Part shown: piece after piece, positions 24,962 to 32,000 of the stretch
Layout: each line of letters opens with the position of its first letter
Position numbering within the stretch: the first letter of the stretch is position 1
Assembly (NCBI RefSeq): GCF_000025945.1
Contig: NC_006138.1
Location: 1,530,001 to 1,562,000 of the forward strand
DNA length: 32,000 nucleotides
Direction: 5' to 3'
From: Desulfotalea psychrophila LSv54
GTDB taxonomy: Bacteria > Desulfobacterota > Desulfobulbia > Desulfobulbales > Desulfocapsaceae
Translations under genes and position numbers: made by a program
Notes under the pieces: model-generated
Told to the model about the DNA's origin: nothing
Databases searched by the model: none
The model's input: only the letters and a program-made list of their open reading frames with translations

Positions 24962-25912
24962 TTATCTTTTTGCCCTCTTGTTTGCTGCGACACAGGAGAG
25001 GAATGCATGCATGATGCCGGCGGCGGCAAAAGAGGTGATCTCTGCATTGTCTGACTCTGGAAGTACCTCCACCAGATCCATCCCCACCAGTTCCTGGCCT
25101 TGGCAGCAGTTAAGGACAAGCTTGAGAGCCTCATGGGTGGTGAAACCGCCAATCTCGGGAGTTCCTGTGCCCGGTGCATAGGCGGCATCAAGAAAATCAA
25201 TATCAAACGACATGAAAACAGGGGTACCCGGGCTGATACGCTCTTTGATGCGCTTGATTGCCTCGTTTATACCTATTTCATGAAGCTCCCAGCCGGTGAT
25301 AACCTGCATACCGCTTTCGCGGACAAACTTGAGCGAATCTCTGCCGTAGAGGGGGCCTCGGATTCCCGTCTGGGTGGACTCCTCAGGCTTGATCAAACCC
25401 TCCTTGATGGCCCAATGGAAGGTGGTGCCGTGGTTGTAGGGCTTACCGAAGTAATCACTTCCCGTATCCGAGTGAGCATCAAAGTGAATAAGGGCCACGG
25501 GGCCATGCTTCTTAACGATGGAACGCAGTTGCGGCAGGGTGATGGAGTGGTCTCCACCCATAACAACAGGAATGATGTCATTTTTTAAGAGGGCACTCAT
25601 TCCCTCTTCAATGCGCTCAAATGACTCATCCAGGTGGCCGGGAATAATATCAATATCGCCGTAATCAACACCGCTACACTCTTCAAATATATCCACGTCA
25701 AGCACCTCTTCATAGGACTTGAGTATGGTAGAGGCAGCCCGAATACCAGCAGGCCCGAAGCGACATCCTGGCTTATAAGTGGTGGCAGTATCAAAAGGAA
25801 TGCCAAGGACGGCAAAGTCTATATCCTGTAGATCCGTTTGATAGGGAAGACGCATAAAGGTTCTTATGCCACAAAAGCGGGGCGAGGCAAGGGCATTTAC
25901 TGGCTTAGACAT
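24962..25912 (-). CDS. Agmatinase/guanidino-acid hydrolase-type ureohydrolase (arginase superfamily)
   Basis: Mn-ligand motifs are all present: VMGGDHSITLP, IHFDAHSDTG, MSFDIDFLDAAYAPGTGTPE. I place the start at the internal ATG 25912 (MSKPVNAL..., AAGGAAA SD) rather than at the track start 25996, which overlaps the BCCT gene. Confidence 0.85.
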   Translation of the reverse strand: MSKPVNALASPRFCGIRTFMRLPYQTDLQDIDFAVLGIPFDTATTYKPGCRFGPAGIRAASTILKSYEEVLDVDIFEECSGVDYGDIDIIPGHLDESFERIEEGMSALLKNDIIPVVMGGDHSITLPQLRSIVKKHGPVALIHFDAHSDTGSDYFGKPYNHGTTFHWAIKEGLIKPEESTQTGIRGPLYGRDSLKFVRESGMQVITGWELHEIGINEAIKRIKERISPGTPVFMSFDIDFLDAAYAPGTGTPEIGGFTTHEALKLVLNCCQGQELVGMDLVEVLPESDNAEITSFAAAGIMHAFLSCVAANKRAKR

Positions 25913-25940
25913 GGTCTGTTTTCCTTGTAATGATTTGTTT

Positions 25941-27557
25941 TTAAAGTGCTTCTTTTTGTAGTTGGCTCTTGAGGATTTCGCTCTTAAGCATTTCAATCTG
26001 TTCTATTTCGCTCTGGCGTTTTTCCATTTCGCTATGTTGCATTTCGCTCTTGAGGTCTTTTAGCAAAGACCAGAGCATAAAGATCATTCCGATACCAAAG
26101 GGGGCGCCGGCTATGATACATGCACTCTTTAATGCGCCGAGTCCGCCGCTTACTAAGAGGACAACTGCGAGGGTGCCGAGGAATGCGCCCCAAACCACCT
26201 TCATAAGGGTTTTGGGTTCGTAGGCACCCTTAGACATGAGCATGGCCACAAAGAATGAAGCTGAATCCGCCGAGGTAACGAGGAAGAGGATCATGTTTAT
26301 AAAGACAATAATGCTGAGCAATTTGGCGAAGGGAAGGGTGCTGAGTAGCATATATATGCCGGAGCCTACATCTGCTGAAATGCTTGTCCACATGGGTGCT
26401 GTCTGGTTCATCTCTGCCAGAATGGAAGAGCCGCCAACAATGGTAAACCAGACAAGGCTAAAGGCGGTGGGAGCTAAAACGGCACCTACGATAAAGCCTC
26501 GGATGGTACGTCCACGGGAGATACGGGCAATAAATCCGCCGACAAAGGGAGCCCAGGCAATGGTTAGGAGCCAGCAGAAGAGGGTCCAGCTGGAAAACCA
26601 CTTGCTGTGTTGTTGTAAGGGATCGGTATAAAAGGTCATGGGAATAAATTCACTGACATAGCTGCCTACGTTATTTACCAGCAGACGCAGCAGGGTATTT
26701 GTCTCTCCAAAAATAAGAATAAAGAGACACCATGAGATTGCCAGAATAATATTAACATTACTCAAAAAGGCCATGCCTCGGTGCAGTCCTGTTATGGCTG
26801 AAATAACATAGAGACCAATGATAATAGCCATAATGAGCAGCTTGCCCCCAACGCCAACTTCTATGCCGAAGATAAGTCCAGCCCCGTAGCTTAGGGAGAT
26901 AATACCAAGTCCAAGGGCAGTACTGAGTCCTCCTACCGTAGCAATGGCACCAATGGTATCGAGGAGACGTCCCCACACGCTGGTACTTGCCTTGTCACCA
27001 AGCAGTCCGTGTAGGGCAACAGAGAGGGTCATGGGGCGATTCTGCCTAAAGGCAGGAAAGGCAATGCAGAGGCCCACTATGGAGTAGCCCATCCAACAGT
27101 GAATACCCCAGTGGAATGATGCTATGCGAATGGCGACAGGAAGAGCCTCGGGGCTGCCGGCAACAGCGCCGTAGGGGGTGTTCATAAAGTGGAACATGGG
27201 TTCAGCAGCACCCCATAAAACATAGCCAACGCCAATGCCGCAACTAAAGAGCATGGCGATCCAGGTGGTGGTGCTGAACTCCGGTTCATCACCGGCCTGT
27301 CCCAGGGTAAGGTTGCCATATTTACTGATGGCAACGCCAAAGCCCACGATGATACAGAGGGCCATAATTGAGACGTAAAGCCAGCCAAAGGTATCTGCAA
27401 TATAGGCCCGTCCTGCCATGGCGTATTTACCTAAGATTTCAGGGTAGATGGCACCAAATACTACGATAGCAAGAGTTACCAGGGCGGTGGTATAGAAGAG
27501 AAATGGGTCGTATTGGCCCAGTAATCTTGTCATTAAATTGTTTTTTTGCTTCGACAT
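25941..27557 (-). CDS. BCCT-family transporter, copy 2, with a repetitive charged C-terminal tail
   Basis: 538-aa ORF with BCCT hallmarks (WIAMLFSCGIGVGYVLWGAAEPMFHF; WTLFCWLLTIAWAPFVGGFIARISRGRTIRGF). There is a GAGGA SD 4 nt upstream of the ATG. The tail reads KSEMQHSEMEKRQSEIEQIEMLKSEILKSQLQKEAL. Confidence 0.9.
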   Translation of the reverse strand: MSKQKNNLMTRLLGQYDPFLFYTTALVTLAIVVFGAIYPEILGKYAMAGRAYIADTFGWLYVSIMALCIIVGFGVAISKYGNLTLGQAGDEPEFSTTTWIAMLFSCGIGVGYVLWGAAEPMFHFMNTPYGAVAGSPEALPVAIRIASFHWGIHCWMGYSIVGLCIAFPAFRQNRPMTLSVALHGLLGDKASTSVWGRLLDTIGAIATVGGLSTALGLGIISLSYGAGLIFGIEVGVGGKLLIMAIIIGLYVISAITGLHRGMAFLSNVNIILAISWCLFILIFGETNTLLRLLVNNVGSYVSEFIPMTFYTDPLQQHSKWFSSWTLFCWLLTIAWAPFVGGFIARISRGRTIRGFIVGAVLAPTAFSLVWFTIVGGSSILAEMNQTAPMWTSISADVGSGIYMLLSTLPFAKLLSIIVFINMILFLVTSADSASFFVAMLMSKGAYEPKTLMKVVWGAFLGTLAVVLLVSGGLGALKSACIIAGAPFGIGMIFMLWSLLKDLKSEMQHSEMEKRQSEIEQIEMLKSEILKSQLQKEAL

Positions 27558-27841
27558 AATATCCTCAAAAGTCAGTTAGATGGGGGCAAAAATGTTTCTG
27601 CTGTTAACGGTCAAACTATACTACTGCCACCTCCTTCCGCTTTGCGGGGGCCAAACAATGATACCATCTAATGTTTTGTTAGAAGCTTTAACTGGTGTAT
27701 CAGATTTGGTAAAGAAAAAATTAATAGTCAATATTCGAGACAAATAATCGTGTAAAGACGAGTATTTACATTACTTTTTGTTGTGGCACAGCTACTCTGT
27801 TTTATTGGCCCCATCCTGGGACAGGGCCAAGGCTCTACTCT

Positions 27842-28528
27842 CTAATGGAAGTATATGGCAAATATATGTTCTTTATTGTACTCGAAATCCCAATGTCTCT
27901 CTTTTACATAGTATCGTAAATCTGTTTCATTCTTTTCCCGCAGGGCCCGAATGATCAGGTCATGTTCGTCACAGCCATCAAGGAACCAACGTTGCACAAA
28001 GTTGCGACGTGGCAGATCCCACAATCGATTTTGCACGGGGACAAGTATTCGTTCCGCAAACAGATTCGGTGCTACGGTCAGAAAATAGTCATGGGACTTT
28101 CTATGCAGGATATCGTATTGTTGAATATCTTCGGCGTAGATGCTTTTGCGCATCTCTTTCACCACCTCTTCCATCTCATCGAGGATGGATGCTGTATAAT
28201 GAGGCATGCCACGTATACAGAGGGTGTTTTCCAGTGAGCCAATAACTTCGTAGAGGTATTGAAAATCTTCTTTTTCAAGTTTATTTACAATGACCTTACT
28301 ACGGGGGTAAATCGTTACAATACCTTCAGCCTCCAAGCGAATAAGGGCATCACGCAGAGGTGTACGGCTAATTTGTAGATGTTCGCTTAACTCGGTAAGG
28401 TTGAGACTGTTACCGGGTAAAATTTCCCCCTCTTGCATACGTTTTCTTAAATAGTTGTATACTAGGTCACGGGCAACCCGAGAAATTTTCTTCTGGACTG
28501 TTTTCTTTTTATTCACCATACCTCTCAA
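27842..28528 (-). CDS. GntR-family transcriptional regulator (FadR/FCD-like C-terminal domain)
   Basis: Winged-helix region: ...GEILPGNSLNLTELSEHLQISRTPLRDALIRLEAEGIVTIYPRSKVIV... It is followed by an all-helical domain of about 150 aa. The start is uncertain: either TTG 28528 or ATG 28519. Confidence 0.85.
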   Translation of the reverse strand: MRGMVNKKKTVQKKISRVARDLVYNYLRKRMQEGEILPGNSLNLTELSEHLQISRTPLRDALIRLEAEGIVTIYPRSKVIVNKLEKEDFQYLYEVIGSLENTLCIRGMPHYTASILDEMEEVVKEMRKSIYAEDIQQYDILHRKSHDYFLTVAPNLFAERILVPVQNRLWDLPRRNFVQRWFLDGCDEHDLIIRALREKNETDLRYYVKERHWDFEYNKEHIFAIYFH

Positions 28529-28538
28529 ATATGTTTGT

Positions 28539-28548
28539 TGATATATCA
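28539..28548. repeat. 10-bp perfect palindrome TGATATATCA just upstream of the gntR start (candidate auto-operator)
   Basis: Read directly. It is short and AT-rich, so a chance occurrence is quite possible. Confidence 0.25.
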
Positions 28549-28882
28549 GATGCTATTCGTTTTCTATTCCTCTTTTCCCATTCTGTCAAGAAAAAATAAA
28601 AGATGCCTCTCCGCAGGCTTCTTGTCGATTGTCACCTGTTCTTGGCGAGGCTATAGCAGGCCATTTCTTGCTCTGCTTAGATACTTCACCTGTTATAATA
28701 TGTACTTGGTATTTTTTTCTATAGCTGCCACTGCGTGGAAACTGAAAGAGGAGCAGGATTAAAGGAGGCAGATGGGGTAGAGGGAGAAATTGTCTAAGCC
28801 GATTCAGGAGAGATAAATATCATTAAACGCCCCTCGGTCTTTGCTTAGGAAATCGATTTCGGGGGTAAGCCATGGGGCTGAT

Positions 28883-29935
28883 CTATTTTGCAAAGCACGA
28901 TATTTGTTCAAGCCTATGGGATATTTTGACAGAGGCACCGACTCTGAGCTCTTCTCTGGCAAAGGTTAAGGTCTGACATATTTCTCCGCTGCCAAGTTTT
29001 AGTTGGTATAGGGAGCTCCCTCCACGAAAGGATTTGTGCGTCACCCGGGCCTCTATCTCGCCATCTTCCCCACAGTGAATCTCTTCCGGTCGGATGAGCA
29101 CTCTCACCTCATCGCCCCTCTTATGGGGACCGGAAATATTCGTCTTGAGGAGCCCCAGGGCGCACTCTATCTCTCCCGCTTCCATAACTCTCCCGCAGAT
29201 AAGTGCTCCGTCACCTATAAAGGTTGCAACCTCTGCTGTTGCTGGCTGGTGGTAAATATTATGGCAACTGTCCCATTGTTGCATCTTCCCATGGAATAAA
29301 AGGCCAATTTTATCGGCGACAGAGAAGGCCTCATACTGGTTATGGGTCACCAGCAGCCCTGTTGTCCCTGATTTCTTTAAAATATCTCTTACCTCTATAG
29401 TCAGCCGATCTCTTAACAGAGCATCGAGATTGGAAAATGGCTCATCGAGTAAAAGCAATTCAGGTTCAGGGGCAAGGGCGCGGGCAAGGGCGACGCGCTG
29501 CTGTTGTCCTCCCGAGAGCTCGTGCGGGTATTTGCCTAGGGCATCCTCTAAGCCAACCAGCTTCAGTAGAGAGCGGACCTTCTCTTTTTGCCTGGGGCGG
29601 GGCTTTTCCCGTATACCGAAGGCAATATTTTGCTCTACAGAGAGGTGAGGGAAGAGGGCGTAGTCCTGGAAAACCATGCCCACGGATCGTTTTTCAGGGG
29701 ATCTGCTCATCCCTGCAGCTGAAACCACCTCTCCATTTATCTCTATCCTGCCCGACTGGATTTCTTCAAAGCCTGCAATGGTACGAAGCAGGGTTGTTTT
29801 GCCACAGCCGCTGGGGCCCAGTAAACAGCCGATCTCTCCGCGGGCAAGTGAGAGAGAGACATTTTCGATGATATTCTGTTCATCGTAGGACTTGGACACA
29901 TTTTTTATCTGTAAAATAGTATCTTGGCTATTCAT
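28883..29935 (-). CDS. ABC transporter ATP-binding protein (Fe3+/polyamine-importer type, FbpC-like)
   Basis: Walker A (GPSGCGKTT), signature (LSGGQQQRVALARAL), Walker B (LLLLDEPFSNLD), and a C-terminal TOBE-like domain. I place the start at ATG 29935 (MNSQDTILQIKNV...), which overlaps the permease stop by 1 nt (TAATG). The track's longer ORF overlaps the permease. Confidence 0.9.
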   Translation of the reverse strand: MNSQDTILQIKNVSKSYDEQNIIENVSLSLARGEIGCLLGPSGCGKTTLLRTIAGFEEIQSGRIEINGEVVSAAGMSRSPEKRSVGMVFQDYALFPHLSVEQNIAFGIREKPRPRQKEKVRSLLKLVGLEDALGKYPHELSGGQQQRVALARALAPEPELLLLDEPFSNLDALLRDRLTIEVRDILKKSGTTGLLVTHNQYEAFSVADKIGLLFHGKMQQWDSCHNIYHQPATAEVATFIGDGALICGRVMEAGEIECALGLLKTNISGPHKRGDEVRVLIRPEEIHCGEDGEIEARVTHKSFRGGSSLYQLKLGSGEICQTLTFAREELRVGASVKISHRLEQISCFAK

Positions 29936-31566
29936 TAAGCTTCCTCTGTTTGGCGGATAAGCAGGATCACGGGTATAATAGATGCTAAGACCAAGTATAA
30001 ACTTGGCAGGGCAGCTCGTTCCCACTCTCCTTCACTGGTGAGTTCATATATTTTTACAGCCAGGGTATCCCAGCCAAAGGGTCTGGTCATAAGGGTGATG
30101 GGCATCTCCTTAACAACATCCACCATCACCAGAATAAGTGCCGTTAGCAGCCCCTTTTTCAGGAGTGGAAGGTGGATGAGGCGAATCAGCCGCCGTCCCT
30201 TCACACCGGTGAGCGATGCCGCCTCATCAAGACTTGGACTTATGCCCAGCATGTTGCTGTCAATTGCGCTGAAACCGGCAGCAAGAAAACGGACAACATA
30301 GGCCATGAACATGACAAAGAGTGTGCCCTGAAAAACTGTGCCTATATTTACCTGAAATAAATACTGAGCGATGATCTGGAGTTGGTTATCAAGCCAAACG
30401 ATGGGAATAAAAATACCGATCGCCAGCACTGTGCCTGGCAGGGCATATCCTATGGTAGAGACCTTTGCGCATAGGAGGTTGAGTCTGTGCGGTGAACGTC
30501 TCTTTACATAGCTAAGCAGCAGGGCGCAGAGACAGGTCAACACTGCCGCTCCGCCGCCTAGAAAAAGTGTCTGTCCCGCCTGGCTGGCATAGTTGGGTAG
30601 ATCTTTTCCTGCCAGACCGATGGCCCAGTATACGAGTTGGATAACAGGCAGGACAAAGGCGAAAATGACCATCAGGGAGCAGGCTAGGGTCGCCCCCCGG
30701 GCCTGCCAGCCTTTGAGCTGGATTCTGCTATATGCATTTCTGCCCTTGCCATTTGAGTAAAAGCGCATTTTGGCTTTATATGATGCCTCGACCAATACCA
30801 GGACCAAGGCAAACAGCACTAAAATTGATGATAACTGGGCAGCCGCCTGCAGAGAAAAAAAGCCAAACCAGGCCTTATAGATGGCCGTGGTAAAGGTATC
30901 GTAATTAAAAACAGAGACTGTACCAAAATCTGCCAGTGTTTCCATTAAGACCAGGACCAGACCGCTGACAATCCACGGTCTTGCCATTGGCAGAGACACC
31001 TTCCAGAAGGCAATCCAGGGGCTCACCCCCAGGGTTTGGGCTGCCTCTATCAAAACTCGTCCCTGGCTTAAAAATGCTGCCCGGCTTAAGAGATATACAT
31101 AGGGATAGAGGGTGGCGCTTATGACAATCACCACGAATGGCCTTGAGCGCACCTCGAAGATGAGGTCTGAGCAGCCGGGGATCATCCTTATTACCGACTG
31201 AACCGGGCCCGCAAAGTCCATCACGCCTATAAAGATAAAGGCCATCACGTAGGCAGGGATCGCCATGGGCAGGGTTAAGGCCCAGGAAAAAAAGGATTTC
31301 CCGGGAAATGAGCAGGCACCTGTCAACCAGCCAAATCCAACCCCGAGAATGGTGGTGCAGACCAGAACTCCGGCACCGAGCCAGAATGTATTGAGCAGGA
31401 GAGAAGTCAGCACCGTTTCAGAGAGGTGTCGCCAAATTTCCTGCTCAGCCTGAAAGACCGAGCAGAAAATTACTCCTATGGGGATAACGACCAGCCCTGC
31501 CAAGGTAATTGCAGATATCTGCCAGCTATCCAGCCCGGCCAGTCGTAGTTTGAGGAAGGTTCGCAT
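29935..31566 (-). CDS. ABC transporter permease with duplicated transmembrane domain (FbpB/ThiP-type)
   Basis: 543-aa polytopic ORF. It carries two EAA-type loops (...EAAQTLGVSPWIAFWKVSLPMARP... and ...DEAASLTGVKGRRLIRLIHLPLLK...), typical of Fe(III)/thiamine-class importers. Confidence 0.85.
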   Translation of the reverse strand: MRTFLKLRLAGLDSWQISAITLAGLVVIPIGVIFCSVFQAEQEIWRHLSETVLTSLLLNTFWLGAGVLVCTTILGVGFGWLTGACSFPGKSFFSWALTLPMAIPAYVMAFIFIGVMDFAGPVQSVIRMIPGCSDLIFEVRSRPFVVIVISATLYPYVYLLSRAAFLSQGRVLIEAAQTLGVSPWIAFWKVSLPMARPWIVSGLVLVLMETLADFGTVSVFNYDTFTTAIYKAWFGFFSLQAAAQLSSILVLFALVLVLVEASYKAKMRFYSNGKGRNAYSRIQLKGWQARGATLACSLMVIFAFVLPVIQLVYWAIGLAGKDLPNYASQAGQTLFLGGGAAVLTCLCALLLSYVKRRSPHRLNLLCAKVSTIGYALPGTVLAIGIFIPIVWLDNQLQIIAQYLFQVNIGTVFQGTLFVMFMAYVVRFLAAGFSAIDSNMLGISPSLDEAASLTGVKGRRLIRLIHLPLLKKGLLTALILVMVDVVKEMPITLMTRPFGWDTLAVKIYELTSEGEWERAALPSLYLVLASIIPVILLIRQTEEA

Positions 31567-31573
31567 GTCAGTC

Positions 31574-32000
31574 TTATTTGTACTCGGCGCGATCCATAAG
31601 TTTTATAGCCTCTGCCTGAAGCTCACCGTACTGAGCGACATTTAGTGGATTTCCCTTAAAATCACCCCATGTGGCCACAATCGGGTTGGCGGCAATACTC
31701 GGGTTAGCGGGATACTCCATATTCAAAGCGGCAAATTGCCCCTGGGCCTCCTCGCTGGATAACCACTCCACAAGTTTTACGGCCGCATCTTTATGTTTGG
31801 CGTGGGCGGTGATGCCTGCCCCGGAAACATTCATATGTACACCGCTGATCTCCTGGTTCGGCCAGAAGATGGCAAGAGGTAGCTCAGGGTTCTCCTTCAT
31901 AAGACGACCGAAGTAGTATGTGTTAACAATGGTCATATCTCCCAGGCCTGCAGCTACTGCTTTCATTGCCTTGGTGTCGTTGCTAAAAGGATCTGTAGCA
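31574..32000 (-). CDS. Periplasmic substrate-binding protein, Fe(III)-binding (FbpA/AfuA-like), C-terminal part only (gene continues beyond the window)
   Basis: The frame stays open from 31966 to the window edge (...ATDPFSNDTKAMKAVAAG...). The C-terminal sequence VNTYYFGRLM..., ...GAGITAHAKHKDAAVKLVEWLSSEEAQ..., ...EYPANP... is typical of that family. It lies 7 nt upstream of the permease. Confidence 0.75.
   Translation of the reverse strand, partial: ATDPFSNDTKAMKAVAAGLGDMTIVNTYYFGRLMKENPELPLAIFWPNQEISGVHMNVSGAGITAHAKHKDAAVKLVEWLSSEEAQGQFAALNMEYPANPSIAANPIVATWGDFKGNPLNVAQYGELQAEAIKLMDRAEYK

Noticed and set aside
27784-27799. TGGCAC hexamer on the + strand in the gntR-BCCT intergenic region
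   Set aside because: No TTGC-type -12 element lies at the correct spacing (the sequence reads TGGCACagctaCTCT). All neighbouring genes are on the minus strand.
28535-28762. 75-aa + strand ORF upstream of gntR
   Set aside because: It is Phe/Leu/Ser-rich, translated from AT-rich promoter DNA, and has no SD. It is probably spurious.
1-32000. Search for selenocysteine recoding (prompted by the 'selenium-linked' YgeY family), CRISPR arrays, IS elements or integrases, toxin-antitoxin pairs, and tRNA/rRNA genes
   Set aside because: All recognised CDS are uninterrupted, with no same-frame ORF pairs split by TGA. I saw no repeat-spacer arrays, no terminal inverted repeats flanking a transposase-like ORF, and no cloverleaf-like or rRNA-like sequences. 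This was a by-eye scan only.

Overview
This is a gene-dense chromosomal region with about 26 CDS, most on the minus strand, given over to small-molecule catabolism and transport. By eye I found no rRNA, tRNA, CRISPR array, transposase, integrase or phage genes. The taxon cannot be established from the sequence alone.

Layout:
- pxpC-pxpB-pxpA 5-oxoprolinase operon (221-2557, -).
- A 645-bp AT-rich divergent control region.
- Two tandem adenine-deaminase paralogues plus a nucleobase-type permease (3203-8300, +).
- bPH-domain protein, DMT-like transporter and DUF4197 protein (8672-10847, -).
- yqhD-like alcohol dehydrogenase plus an OYE flavoenzyme (11404-13760, +).
- Unknown membrane-anchored protein plus rsgA (13847-15647, -).
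- A sigma-54 enhancer-binding protein followed by a tightly packed operon dpaL(ygeX)-M24 hydrolase-BCCT-ygeY-ridA (23698 down to 16188, -).
- A small secreted protein (24121-24558, -).
- GntR regulator, BCCT transporter and agmatinase-family ureohydrolase (28528 down to 24962, -).
- An Fe(III)-type ABC importer, with the substrate-binding gene truncated at the window end.

The best candidate for an undescribed system is the sigma-54-controlled dpaL-M24-BCCT-ygeY-ridA operon. It looks like an import-and-degrade route converging on 2,3-diaminopropionate. Next to it sits a second BCCT-linked guanidino-hydrolase module. The tandem adenine deaminases are also notable, because the upstream copy has lost several conserved histidines. 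All functional calls rest on my recognition of protein motifs and families. No database search was run.
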